Source: an uncultured Methanosarcinales archaeon (GTDB taxonomy: Archaea; Nanobdellota; Nanobdellia; Woesearchaeales; WJKL01). From it: a stretch of 63,617 nt of DNA. The notes beneath the pieces were generated by a model. That model was not told where the DNA came from and did no database searches. It was given only the letters and a program-made list of their open reading frames with translations. Each line of letters starts with the position of its first letter. Position 1 is the first letter of the stretch. The translations under genes and the position numbers were made by a program. This document shows positions 19,168-27,939 of the stretch, in pieces. The stretch lies in assembly GCA_964521755.1 (NCBI GenBank), contig CAZFSZ010000003.1, forward strand, positions 1 through 63,617, in the 5' to 3' direction.

Positions 19168-19175
19168 TTTATAAA
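19168..19175 (-). promoter_or_regulatory. TATA box (TTTATAAA) for the Lrp/AsnC gene and downstream sugar genes
   Basis: 24-31 nt upstream of the ATG at 19144. The flanking sequence is nearly identical to the 5S promoter. Confidence 0.5.
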
Positions 19176-19187
19176 TATTACGAAAAT

Positions 19188-20999
19188 TTATAACATATCT
19201 TTAATGACTTTAACCGCTCTTTCACTTGCCTTACCATCTAAAGCAAAAAAATGCTTTTCTAAAAAGTCATCACTTTTCTTTGAAAAAGAAGAAAAATCGC
19301 CTTCAATAATTCTATTCACCTCAATTTGAAGTTCTTCTTGACTAACAGCCAGAGGAACAATTTTTCCTATAGCATAAGGTAATCTAAAATCACTGTTCCC
19401 AAAATTAACAACTACCATGGGTTTCCCTGCTATTAAAACTTCATAACCAATCGTAGATTCATAGGTAATCACTAAATCAGATACTGCCAATAAATCTTTA
19501 AAGTCTATGTAACACACTATTGCATAATCTTCAACACCAAACTTAGACAAATAATTCTTTATTGTACTTTTGATGTTTGGGTCCTCATTTGGATGTAATT
19601 TTATGATTACCTGACCATCATAATTACTCAAACACTCGATAGCTGTCCTCAAATATTTTTTTTCCCAAGAAAGAGAACCAGTAATAATGAGAAAGATTTT
19701 CTTTTTTTCATCAAACCCAAGTTTGTCATAAACCTTATCTTCATTAACATCACTTAGATTCTCTACCAAAGAATCATACTTTGGAGCACCAATTATTTTA
19801 AGCGCATTAGTTGGGTAATGAGCCTCTTTCACAAACCATTTCTTAGAGCAATCGCCCCACAACAATTTTAAATCAGGCAAAGGCCTCCACAAAGAACTTG
19901 AAGATTTATTCATCTCCTTTGTTTTTGTACTCCTTAAGTAATCATTCTTGTCATATACTAATTCCCCTTCGAAACAAATAGTATTAGTGTCTTTTTTTCT
20001 GGCATTCACAATAAAACCTTTATCATAAAAATTTTTTTCATGTTCTAACAACACAATTGATGGTTTTTCTTCTTCCAACATTTTCCTTGTAGACACCAAA
20101 ACATCAGCAACATAATAACTTAAAACCCCAAAAATATAATCTAAACTATCTTTTACTAAAGGATAAAAATTTATGCCTTTGTAACTTAAAGAATCTTTAA
20201 ACTCTGATCTTCTCATGATATTTCTTCCCAATTCACCAAACTTTTTCCCTTTCTTAAAAATATTAAAGATCAACCTAACATCATAATAATCCCCTATAAA
20301 ATTAGATTTTTGTTTTCTCAAAAAATACCTCCGGATTGTCTTTCTCAAATTATTAAAACTATGAGGCCTATCATACTCCACCATTTTATAATCGATTTCT
20401 TCCTTATCCAATTCTTTGATTATAGAACCAAAAAACAGATCATCTTTAACACCTTCCAGTGTATGTCTATCATTAGTCAAAATAAAAACATCCTTTTTGT
20501 CTCTATTTCTCTTATGAAAGAACGACAATAAAAATCTAAAAAACAGTCTAATTTTAATGAAAAATATAACCAAAAATTTATTATGATAAAATTTTTTTTT
20601 GTCCTTCTTAATTTTATTTTTTACAATGTCAATCCCTTCTTTTTCTCCTATCTTTCTTAAAACAAAGTAATCTACACTGTCAACACCAGATAAAATGATT
20701 TCTTCCGGCTTATTACCCTTAACTAACCATAAATAAAAATCAATCTTATACAAAACTCGAGAAAAAGACAAAAGAGGACCTTCTAATACACGAGAGCTAT
20801 CTCTAATGAAGTATTCATAAAAATACCAAAGAGTGTGACCATTCCAAACCAAGATATCTTTAAGAGATTTCCCGCCATATAATTCCTTATCGGCCCATCC
20901 CTCAACCCATTTATACCCATAACTAAACATTTCTTTTTCTTTTTTGAATTCCCTATCATAAACACTTATCTTCTCCTCATTTAAATATAACTTTTTCAT
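19188..20999 (-). CDS. hypothetical protein with a GT-B-like C-terminal half (WecB/TagF-like)
   Basis: The C-terminal ~200 aa (IIKLHPNEDPNIK, ITYESTIGYEVLIAGKPMVVV, ALDGKASERAVKVI) resemble 2-epimerase/TagF-type GT-B folds. The N-terminal 400 aa are unassigned. Confidence 0.4.
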   Translation of the reverse strand: MKKLYLNEEKISVYDREFKKEKEMFSYGYKWVEGWADKELYGGKSLKDILVWNGHTLWYFYEYFIRDSSRVLEGPLLSFSRVLYKIDFYLWLVKGNKPEEIILSGVDSVDYFVLRKIGEKEGIDIVKNKIKKDKKKFYHNKFLVIFFIKIRLFFRFLLSFFHKRNRDKKDVFILTNDRHTLEGVKDDLFFGSIIKELDKEEIDYKMVEYDRPHSFNNLRKTIRRYFLRKQKSNFIGDYYDVRLIFNIFKKGKKFGELGRNIMRRSEFKDSLSYKGINFYPLVKDSLDYIFGVLSYYVADVLVSTRKMLEEEKPSIVLLEHEKNFYDKGFIVNARKKDTNTICFEGELVYDKNDYLRSTKTKEMNKSSSSLWRPLPDLKLLWGDCSKKWFVKEAHYPTNALKIIGAPKYDSLVENLSDVNEDKVYDKLGFDEKKKIFLIITGSLSWEKKYLRTAIECLSNYDGQVIIKLHPNEDPNIKSTIKNYLSKFGVEDYAIVCYIDFKDLLAVSDLVITYESTIGYEVLIAGKPMVVVNFGNSDFRLPYAIGKIVPLAVSQEELQIEVNRIIEGDFSSFSKKSDDFLEKHFFALDGKASERAVKVIKDML

Positions 21000-21003
21000 C
21001 TTC

Positions 21004-22404
21004 TCACAAATCCAAATGATTTAGCACATCATTAATTTTGCTTTTTTCTTTTCTAAAAAAAAAGCAATCGATTAATTCATGTAATCTTTTTTGCACCTTT
21101 GGATATTTTCCAAAAAGATTATCTTTTTCCCAAGGATCCTTCTTCAAATCATACAATTCTTTAACTCCTCCATGAATAACTCCGCACCTCTTACAACCTG
21201 AAAAATCATTGCTAGCAGGCAAGATCAATTTATAATCTTCGCTTCTTACACACACTTTTTCCTGTAAATGATTCTCCTCTGCAAAAACGAATTTTTTTCC
21301 TTCCTTCCTTTTGATAACTTCTTTCAAACTTTTCCCATCCAAACCATCAAAATCAAACCCTAGCAAATCCAATATTGTTGGCATTATATCTATATTTTGA
21401 ACCATGCCTGAAAATTTGACATTATTACCCAACTTAGGATACCTCACAATTAAAGGAATATTAAGACTTTCATCATACAATCCATGATGATCAAACAATA
21501 TTCCATGTTCTACTAAACTTTCACCATGGTCTGCTGTGATGATCAAAATTGTATCATCATATAATTCTTTCCGTTTTAATTCTTCCACAATACGACCAAT
21601 CATATCATCAACATACCTTATACTGCCATTGTACCTGGCAATAATATCTCTGGCATCATCTGAACCGACCGTCAAAGCCTTATAAAAATCTTTTACTTCT
21701 TCATTCTCAAACCTTTCCAATAAATTACCCATCGATATTTTTTCTTTCTTCTCCCCAAAAAACATATTTTTATACTTTTTACTACAATTATAAGGTGCAT
21801 GCACATCCCAGAAATGAACAAACATAAAAAAAGGATCTTCTTCCTTTTTAATAACCTGGACTGCCTTTTTTGTCAATTCTTTCGCATCTGGGTAGGGTTT
21901 AAACTTAGAAATCAACCAATGAAGCTTATCAGAAAAATACAACTTCATCATTGAATTAAGAACTACCTTATTTTTTTTAATCTTCTTAATCAGCTTTTTT
22001 AAGAATACATTTTTTTTATTCTCATCGAAACTATTAAGATAAAAATCAAAGTCTTTTTTATGCCACCTACCCAACCAATCCAAACCATACGTCTTATAAC
22101 TTTCTTTTTTCAGAATGCTTTGGAGCATAGTTTGACCCTCAACAAAATTTTTTATGCTATTCTGTTTAACATACTCAGCATGTCTTCTAATCCCATGATT
22201 TATTGGATACAAACCTGTCATCATAGATGTAACTGCTGGGTCTGTAGCATTTATAGTAGTAAAAGCATTTTCAAATAAAATGCCATCTTTAGCAATAGAA
22301 TCAATATGTGGTGTTGTAGGCAATCTATAACCATAACTACTAACATTTCTTGCCCTTAATGCGTCAACAAGTAATATTATCACATTAGGTCGTTTATTTT
22401 CCAT
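21004..22404 (-). CDS. sulfatase-like alkaline-phosphatase-superfamily enzyme with a Thr in the nucleophile position
   Basis: PNVIILLVDALR... and ATDPAVTSMMTG align to the sulfatase CxPSRxxxxTG block, but with T-D-P-A-V. Start set at MENKRPNVI (22404). Confidence 0.7.
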   Translation of the reverse strand: MENKRPNVIILLVDALRARNVSSYGYRLPTTPHIDSIAKDGILFENAFTTINATDPAVTSMMTGLYPINHGIRRHAEYVKQNSIKNFVEGQTMLQSILKKESYKTYGLDWLGRWHKKDFDFYLNSFDENKKNVFLKKLIKKIKKNKVVLNSMMKLYFSDKLHWLISKFKPYPDAKELTKKAVQVIKKEEDPFFMFVHFWDVHAPYNCSKKYKNMFFGEKKEKISMGNLLERFENEEVKDFYKALTVGSDDARDIIARYNGSIRYVDDMIGRIVEELKRKELYDDTILIITADHGESLVEHGILFDHHGLYDESLNIPLIVRYPKLGNNVKFSGMVQNIDIMPTILDLLGFDFDGLDGKSLKEVIKRKEGKKFVFAEENHLQEKVCVRSEDYKLILPASNDFSGCKRCGVIHGGVKELYDLKKDPWEKDNLFGKYPKVQKRLHELIDCFFFRKEKSKINDVLNHLDL

Positions 22405-23074
22405 TCTTTCCAGCCACCACACAAATGTGTTTATAAATTCCAAACCAAGACAGTAATTTCTTAAAAAAGTTTAAATCGTAACCTTTTTCCACTGAGTGCA
22501 CATCCAAATAAATATCGACTTCATTCACTAGTTCATTTTTAGTATATTGGTTCGGGTGAAAACCGCTATCAATCAGATATTTATTACCTGTCAAAATATA
22601 AATAATCTTCATAATCAAATTGCAATTAGGGGTTACTAATATAAATCTACCTTCATTACTCAAAATTCTATCCACCTCTTTATACATTCTTTTAATCTCT
22701 TTTTTATCACCAACATGTTCAATCATATCAAAAGAAAAAATAAGGTCAAAATAGTTCTTATCTAAATCCAATTTATCCCCACATGACTGGTTAAATATTT
22801 TAACGTGCGGCATCTCTTCTTTGGCCCGATCAGCAACTTCTTTTACAACTTCAACCCCATACAGATCATGATTATGATTAGTAACATTTATTATCTTTAA
22901 AACATCACCAAAAGCACAACCATAATCAAGAATTTTTAAAGGATTTAATAAATTTTTAAATTTTTTAAGAAAAAGTACTTGATTAGTTATGCGCCTCAAA
23001 TTAAAGACCATATTAAACTTTTTTCTCCATTTAAACATAGATTCACTATCTCCATTAATATATTTCTTCCTCAT
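22394..23074 (-). CDS. class I SAM-dependent methyltransferase
   Basis: Motif I ILDYGCAFGDV. Start at MRKKY (23074) forms an ATGA overlap with the AsnB stop. Confidence 0.8.
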   Translation of the reverse strand: MRKKYINGDSESMFKWRKKFNMVFNLRRITNQVLFLKKFKNLLNPLKILDYGCAFGDVLKIINVTNHNHDLYGVEVVKEVADRAKEEMPHVKIFNQSCGDKLDLDKNYFDLIFSFDMIEHVGDKKEIKRMYKEVDRILSNEGRFILVTPNCNLIMKIIYILTGNKYLIDSGFHPNQYTKNELVNEVDIYLDVHSVEKGYDLNFFKKLLSWFGIYKHICVVAGKNGK

Positions 23075-24843
23075 TTCATAAACCACCCATACCATATTTC
23101 AAACATTAAAATACTCCACAGTTTCTGTGCCAAAATAAAATTTAACTTGTAATTATCTCCTGTTTTTTTAATCTTATAGAGTAGCTTATAAATATAATCT
23201 TTTTTATATAAATTATGATTATTCTTATCTAACAACCTTTTCAATTTCTTACCAAGAATATCCTTAAACCAATAATCAATAGGCACATCAAACCCATGCT
23301 TCCTTCTTTTGATTATTTCCTTTGGTATAAATTTTTCAAATGATTTTTTTAACACATGCTTTTCGTTCCACAATCTTAATTTGTATTTTAAAGGTATAGA
23401 GAAAGCAAACTCTACTAATTCATGATCCATATAAGGAACTCTTTGCTCTAAACCAAAAGCTGAACTCATCTTATCAGCTTTCAAAAAGAAGTCATTTGGC
23501 AACAAAGTCTTAATATCAAATTCCTGGGCATTCAAAACCTCTTTATTATAATCATTCCTCCAAAAAATACTTCCATCATACTTCTCTACCCCTAATTTAT
23601 TTAGCTCTTCATTATCAAACAACCTAATAGTTTCAAAAAAAGAAGAGTAAGCATTTTTTCCTTTCATTTTCATCAACCTTTTCAAAACATCGTTATTAAA
23701 ATCAAAAAATACAAAATGTTTCAAAAATTCCCCATAATGAAACATTTTATACCTATCATAACCACAAAAGACCTCGTCGCCACCATCTCCACTCAAAACA
23801 ATTTTATTGTATTCACTTACTTTTTTAGATAAAACAAATATAGGCAAAAAACCAGGATCTCCAATAGGCTCATCCATATGATAAACCATATCATCTAAAT
23901 ATTTCTCAACATTGTCTTTATTAATCTTAAATTCATGATGATTGGTCTTAAAATAATTGGCTACTTTATTTGCATAAGGCAGTTCATTAGTAGTGTCAAA
24001 ACCAATGGAAAAAGTATTAAGACTATCATTAAACTTTTTAGCTAACCCAGTGATTATAGAACTGTCTATTCCTCCAGACAAAAGACAAGCTACAGGTACA
24101 TCAGCCACCATACGCCTTTCAACAGATTCTTTCATTAACTTCTTCAACCTTTTCTTATAAAAAATAAAGGATTTATCTCCTATTGTTTGTTTTTTTAATT
24201 TATAATATCTTTCATACTCCCTAACTTTTTTGTCTCCAACATCATAAACCATATAATGAGCAGGTAAAAATTTATTAATGCCTGCTATCAATGTTGTCTT
24301 ACCTAAAGTAAACCTAAAATTAAAAAACTGCTTCAACCCTTCCTTACTTACCTCTCTTTTATCTAAAAAAGAAAGCAAGCTCTTCATTTCTGAAGAAAAA
24401 ACAAATTTTCCATCATCGATATAGTAAAGAGGTTTAATTCCAAACCTATCTCTGGCTAAAAAAAATTCTCCTTTTTTTTTATCATAGATACAAAAAGCAA
24501 ACATACCATTTAACTTATTTAGAAAGTATTTTCCCCACTTATCATAAGCATAAACTAAAACCTCAGTATCAGACCTTGTTTTGAAATCATACTCCTTAAG
24601 TTCCTTTTTTATCTCTTTGTAATTATAGATCTCTCCATTATAAACAACCACATACCTACCTAGCAATTTCATGGGTTGTTTTGCTCTTTTCGACAAATCA
24701 ATTATACTCAGTCTTCTATGGCCCAAGGAAACTCCATCACTAAAATAATCTCCACAATCATCAGGACCCCTATGACTAATTAAATCTCTACTTTCTTTCA
24801 ATAACTCTTCATCTTTCCAGTCAAAACCAATTATACCACACAT
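23071..24843 (-). CDS. asparagine synthase-like glutamine amidotransferase (AsnB/PseA/WbpS-type)
   Basis: N-terminal MCGIIG nucleophile and PP-loop SGGIDSS. Confidence 0.88.
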   Translation of the reverse strand: MCGIIGFDWKDEELLKESRDLISHRGPDDCGDYFSDGVSLGHRRLSIIDLSKRAKQPMKLLGRYVVVYNGEIYNYKEIKKELKEYDFKTRSDTEVLVYAYDKWGKYFLNKLNGMFAFCIYDKKKGEFFLARDRFGIKPLYYIDDGKFVFSSEMKSLLSFLDKREVSKEGLKQFFNFRFTLGKTTLIAGINKFLPAHYMVYDVGDKKVREYERYYKLKKQTIGDKSFIFYKKRLKKLMKESVERRMVADVPVACLLSGGIDSSIITGLAKKFNDSLNTFSIGFDTTNELPYANKVANYFKTNHHEFKINKDNVEKYLDDMVYHMDEPIGDPGFLPIFVLSKKVSEYNKIVLSGDGGDEVFCGYDRYKMFHYGEFLKHFVFFDFNNDVLKRLMKMKGKNAYSSFFETIRLFDNEELNKLGVEKYDGSIFWRNDYNKEVLNAQEFDIKTLLPNDFFLKADKMSSAFGLEQRVPYMDHELVEFAFSIPLKYKLRLWNEKHVLKKSFEKFIPKEIIKRRKHGFDVPIDYWFKDILGKKLKRLLDKNNHNLYKKDYIYKLLYKIKKTGDNYKLNFILAQKLWSILMFEIWYGWFMK

Positions 24844-25965
24844 CTAATTGTATAACCTCTCATACCCACTAATAACATTATCCCAATCAAAATCTTTGAT
24901 TTTCTTCTTTCCTTTCCTACCCATTTTCTTCCTTAACTTTTCATCCTCTACTAAATTCTTGATTTTCTTAGCATAACAAGAAACCTCTTCTTTTTCACAT
25001 AAAAAACCTGTTTCTTTATCAACAACTAAATCAGTTGTGCAGGGGATTCTGCTGCTCACTATTGGTAGGCTCATAGTCATAGCCTCCATAATCACCCCAG
25101 CCAAACCTTCTCCTCTGCTTGGCAGAAAAAATATATCTGCTGCTTTATAAAATCTTCCAACATCTTTTCTAAATCCTGTAAATACCACTTCCTTAATACC
25201 TTTAGCCATCTTTTCATATCTTTCCTTGCTAGGGCCATCTCCTATCAAAACAAACTTTGTTTTATTTTTTAATTCTTTAGCTGTTTCAATGATCAAATCA
25301 ATTCCTTTTCTTGGAACCATCAGACCAACAAACAACACAATTGTATCATCTTTACTAATATCAAGTTCTTCTCTCACTCCTTCCTTAACATCTTTAAACT
25401 TCTCCAATTCAATTCCTGTTGGAATAACTTTTAACTTCTTTTTAGAAATGCCTACTTTCAAAGCATAAGGAGCTAAACTCTTGCCATAAACTGTAATTAT
25501 ATCTGGCACTCCAAACATTAGCCAACCCAAAAAGAAATAATAACTATTGTAAAAAAAATCAAACATCTTTCCCATTGAAAAACTATAACTGGGAATTGTA
25601 TCTGTTGTTAAAATCAAATTTTTTCTAAAAATTAAATTCCCTAATACTACAAATAAATTTACTAAATAATGATAAGTCCACATATGAATATTCTTATACT
25701 TAAAAAAAATCCTCAACAGATTAACAAGAAACATTGGAGTAATTGGAATAGGCCATTCCATATTTAGAAAAGGAACATTAATTGTAGAATAAGTATATAT
25801 TTTAGCTTTTTTCACATCACTGTAATGCAGTTTTTTATTTACTGCTTTAAACAATTTTTTAGGTATAAACAAACCTATTTCTTTTTCATCCCCTAATCTA
25901 TCAATTAGCTCTGCAATAGGTCTTTTTAACAATACAGTTGGGTTTACATAACAAACATTTTCCAT
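24844..25965 (-). CDS. glycosyltransferase family 4 (GT-B)
   Basis: EGLAGVIMEAMTMSLPIVSS (EX7E region). First gene of the minus-strand block. Confidence 0.85.
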   Translation of the reverse strand: MENVCYVNPTVLLKRPIAELIDRLGDEKEIGLFIPKKLFKAVNKKLHYSDVKKAKIYTYSTINVPFLNMEWPIPITPMFLVNLLRIFFKYKNIHMWTYHYLVNLFVVLGNLIFRKNLILTTDTIPSYSFSMGKMFDFFYNSYYFFLGWLMFGVPDIITVYGKSLAPYALKVGISKKKLKVIPTGIELEKFKDVKEGVREELDISKDDTIVLFVGLMVPRKGIDLIIETAKELKNKTKFVLIGDGPSKERYEKMAKGIKEVVFTGFRKDVGRFYKAADIFFLPSRGEGLAGVIMEAMTMSLPIVSSRIPCTTDLVVDKETGFLCEKEEVSCYAKKIKNLVEDEKLRKKMGRKGKKKIKDFDWDNVISGYERLYN

Positions 25966-25986
25966 ACCTTAAAAAATAATAAGAAC

Positions 25987-25994
25987 TTTATAAA
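25987..25994 (-). promoter_or_regulatory. TATA box (TTTATAAA) for the GT4-led minus-strand block
   Basis: 22-29 nt upstream of the ATG at 25965. Confidence 0.45.
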
Positions 25995-26042
25995 GATTTA
26001 CTTAATATTCATCTATAAATTTATAATCTTTTCTTAGCAATA

Positions 26043-26050
26043 TTTATAAA
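26043..26050 (+). promoter_or_regulatory. TATA box (TTTATAAA) for the GT-C-like gene
   Basis: 24-31 nt upstream of the ATG at 26074. Second box of a divergent promoter pair. Confidence 0.45.
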
Positions 26051-26073
26051 CAATACTTAGTAACAAATGAATC

Positions 26074-27939
26074 ATGAGCCAACTTTTCAAAAAATTTATC
26101 AAAAAATTAACTTGGCAGGATTATTTGTTAATTGTTATCATCATTCTTTTTTTAGGTTTACAAATGAGTTTAATCAATAGTTACAAACAACTACCTGCAC
26201 CTTTGTACGGAGGAGACCTTTATTGTCAACTTGGAGCTGTCAATCATGTCAAACATGGTGGTAACCCTCTAGTAAACTTCCGTAATAGTGATCCTATATC
26301 TAATTACTTTCCTCTTTATACAATAATTGTTGGTGGATCATCTTATTTGTTTAATACAAATCCTATGTCCACTATGTTCTTTTATTCATATATCTTTACC
26401 GCTCTTGCTCTCATCTCTCTTTACCTTTTAGGCTATTTCCTCTTTAAAAATAAAACAATTGCTCTCTTTGTCCCCCTCATATACTTCCTACTTCACCCCT
26501 TCAAAATAATCATTAAATATACTTACTTTTCATATCTATTAATTTTCCCAGCTTTCTTCTTATTTTTATACTTAACTTTTTCTAGTCAAAAAAAGAAATA
26601 TCTCTTTGCTCTCGTAACCGGAATAATGTATGGTTTGGGCTCCTTATCTCATGGTATCATCTTCCCTGTCTTAAGTATTTTTATGATCCTTATTTTCTTC
26701 TACTTATTTATATGGAAATACTTAGAAAAAAAGAAAAAAATAACATTCAACAAAAGATTATGGAAAAAAGATCTAAAAGAAAATATCATTATCTTGGCTC
26801 TTATTTTCATCCCAGGACTAATTATTGCCCAACTTTACTGGCTTCCCATTATTAAAAACACATTATTTGGACAGGAAACCTCTAATTCCGCTACCCTATT
26901 AAACATGAATGTTCCTTCATCTTATAACCCTTTCATAGACTTTTTCAAAAAAATATTTGATTTCAAAAATTTATTCAATTCATTCGTAACTATCTTATTT
27001 TTAATATCTATTCCTTTACTATCCGCTATCAAAAAATACAACGAAGCAACTAAATATATCATACTCACTTCTATAGGAGCTATCTTCTCAATTTTCTCTC
27101 TATTAATCTTATCTGGCATCACCAATATAAATCTAAATACGGTCTTACTGAAAATCATTCATCATTTCTGGGTACCTCTAGCAATCACTCTACTCAGCTC
27201 TTTTTCTCTATTAGTCATATTTAAAGTAACCAAAAAGAAAAGGAAAAAACTATCTTTAATTATTGCCATCATAATGATTGTATTCTTTTTAGTAGGAAAC
27301 TTAGCAGCTTACCAAGATTACAAAAACAACAAATGGCACCAAGCAGGTAAGAAACCTCTTTCCCCCCACCTAAATGAAATAGCCAATTACATAAAGAGCA
27401 ATACTAATGTTAATGATGCTATCTTAACCAATAAAGAACTAGGGTTTTCCATTAATGGTTTAACAGGAAGAAAATTGGTTGCTCAACCTGTTGGCCATAA
27501 AAACTTACTTTATGACTTCAATGCCAGGGAAAGAGATTTAGCCTTAATGCTTTACGGAAATGGTTCTACCCCTAGAAGAGATCTATTTAAAAAATACAAT
27601 GTTCAATACTTCTATTGGGATAATTACTGGATAGAAAGTGAATTCCACTTTAATGAAAAAGGACAAATAGTTGGTTTATTTGACCCTCTCGAATTGCTTA
27701 ACACAGAAAAAAATAAGAAGATATTAACAAAATTTAATGTTACTTATTCAGAAGAATATCTTGAACTAAACCCTAACAAAAGAGGCAACGTTCAAAAATA
27801 TGATGTACTTTTAGTTAAACCCCGATTTGATCTTACCCATCCTTGGCATCCTTCTCTAGATAATTTCTTAACTCTAGAAAAAGAAATTAAAAGAAGAGGC
27901 CAAACAGTAGTCAAATTATATGAGGTTAAGAATGAATAA
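26074..27939 (+). CDS. polytopic membrane protein, GT-C-like (ArnT/PMT-type glycosyltransferase candidate)
   Basis: About 12-13 TM helices followed by a ~200-aa soluble C-terminal domain. Confidence 0.45.
   Translation: MSQLFKKFIKKLTWQDYLLIVIIILFLGLQMSLINSYKQLPAPLYGGDLYCQLGAVNHVKHGGNPLVNFRNSDPISNYFPLYTIIVGGSSYLFNTNPMSTMFFYSYIFTALALISLYLLGYFLFKNKTIALFVPLIYFLLHPFKIIIKYTYFSYLLIFPAFFLFLYLTFSSQKKKYLFALVTGIMYGLGSLSHGIIFPVLSIFMILIFFYLFIWKYLEKKKKITFNKRLWKKDLKENIIILALIFIPGLIIAQLYWLPIIKNTLFGQETSNSATLLNMNVPSSYNPFIDFFKKIFDFKNLFNSFVTILFLISIPLLSAIKKYNEATKYIILTSIGAIFSIFSLLILSGITNINLNTVLLKIIHHFWVPLAITLLSSFSLLVIFKVTKKKRKKLSLIIAIIMIVFFLVGNLAAYQDYKNNKWHQAGKKPLSPHLNEIANYIKSNTNVNDAILTNKELGFSINGLTGRKLVAQPVGHKNLLYDFNARERDLALMLYGNGSTPRRDLFKKYNVQYFYWDNYWIESEFHFNEKGQIVGLFDPLELLNTEKNKKILTKFNVTYSEEYLELNPNKRGNVQKYDVLLVKPRFDLTHPWHPSLDNFLTLEKEIKRRGQTVVKLYEVKNE

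Noticed and set aside
21004-22404. Calling this ORF an arylsulfatase on overall family resemblance.
   Set aside because: The formylglycine motif C/S-x-P-x-R is replaced by T-D-P-A-V, so a true sulfatase mechanism is not supported. It is reported only as a Thr-type AP-superfamily enzyme.
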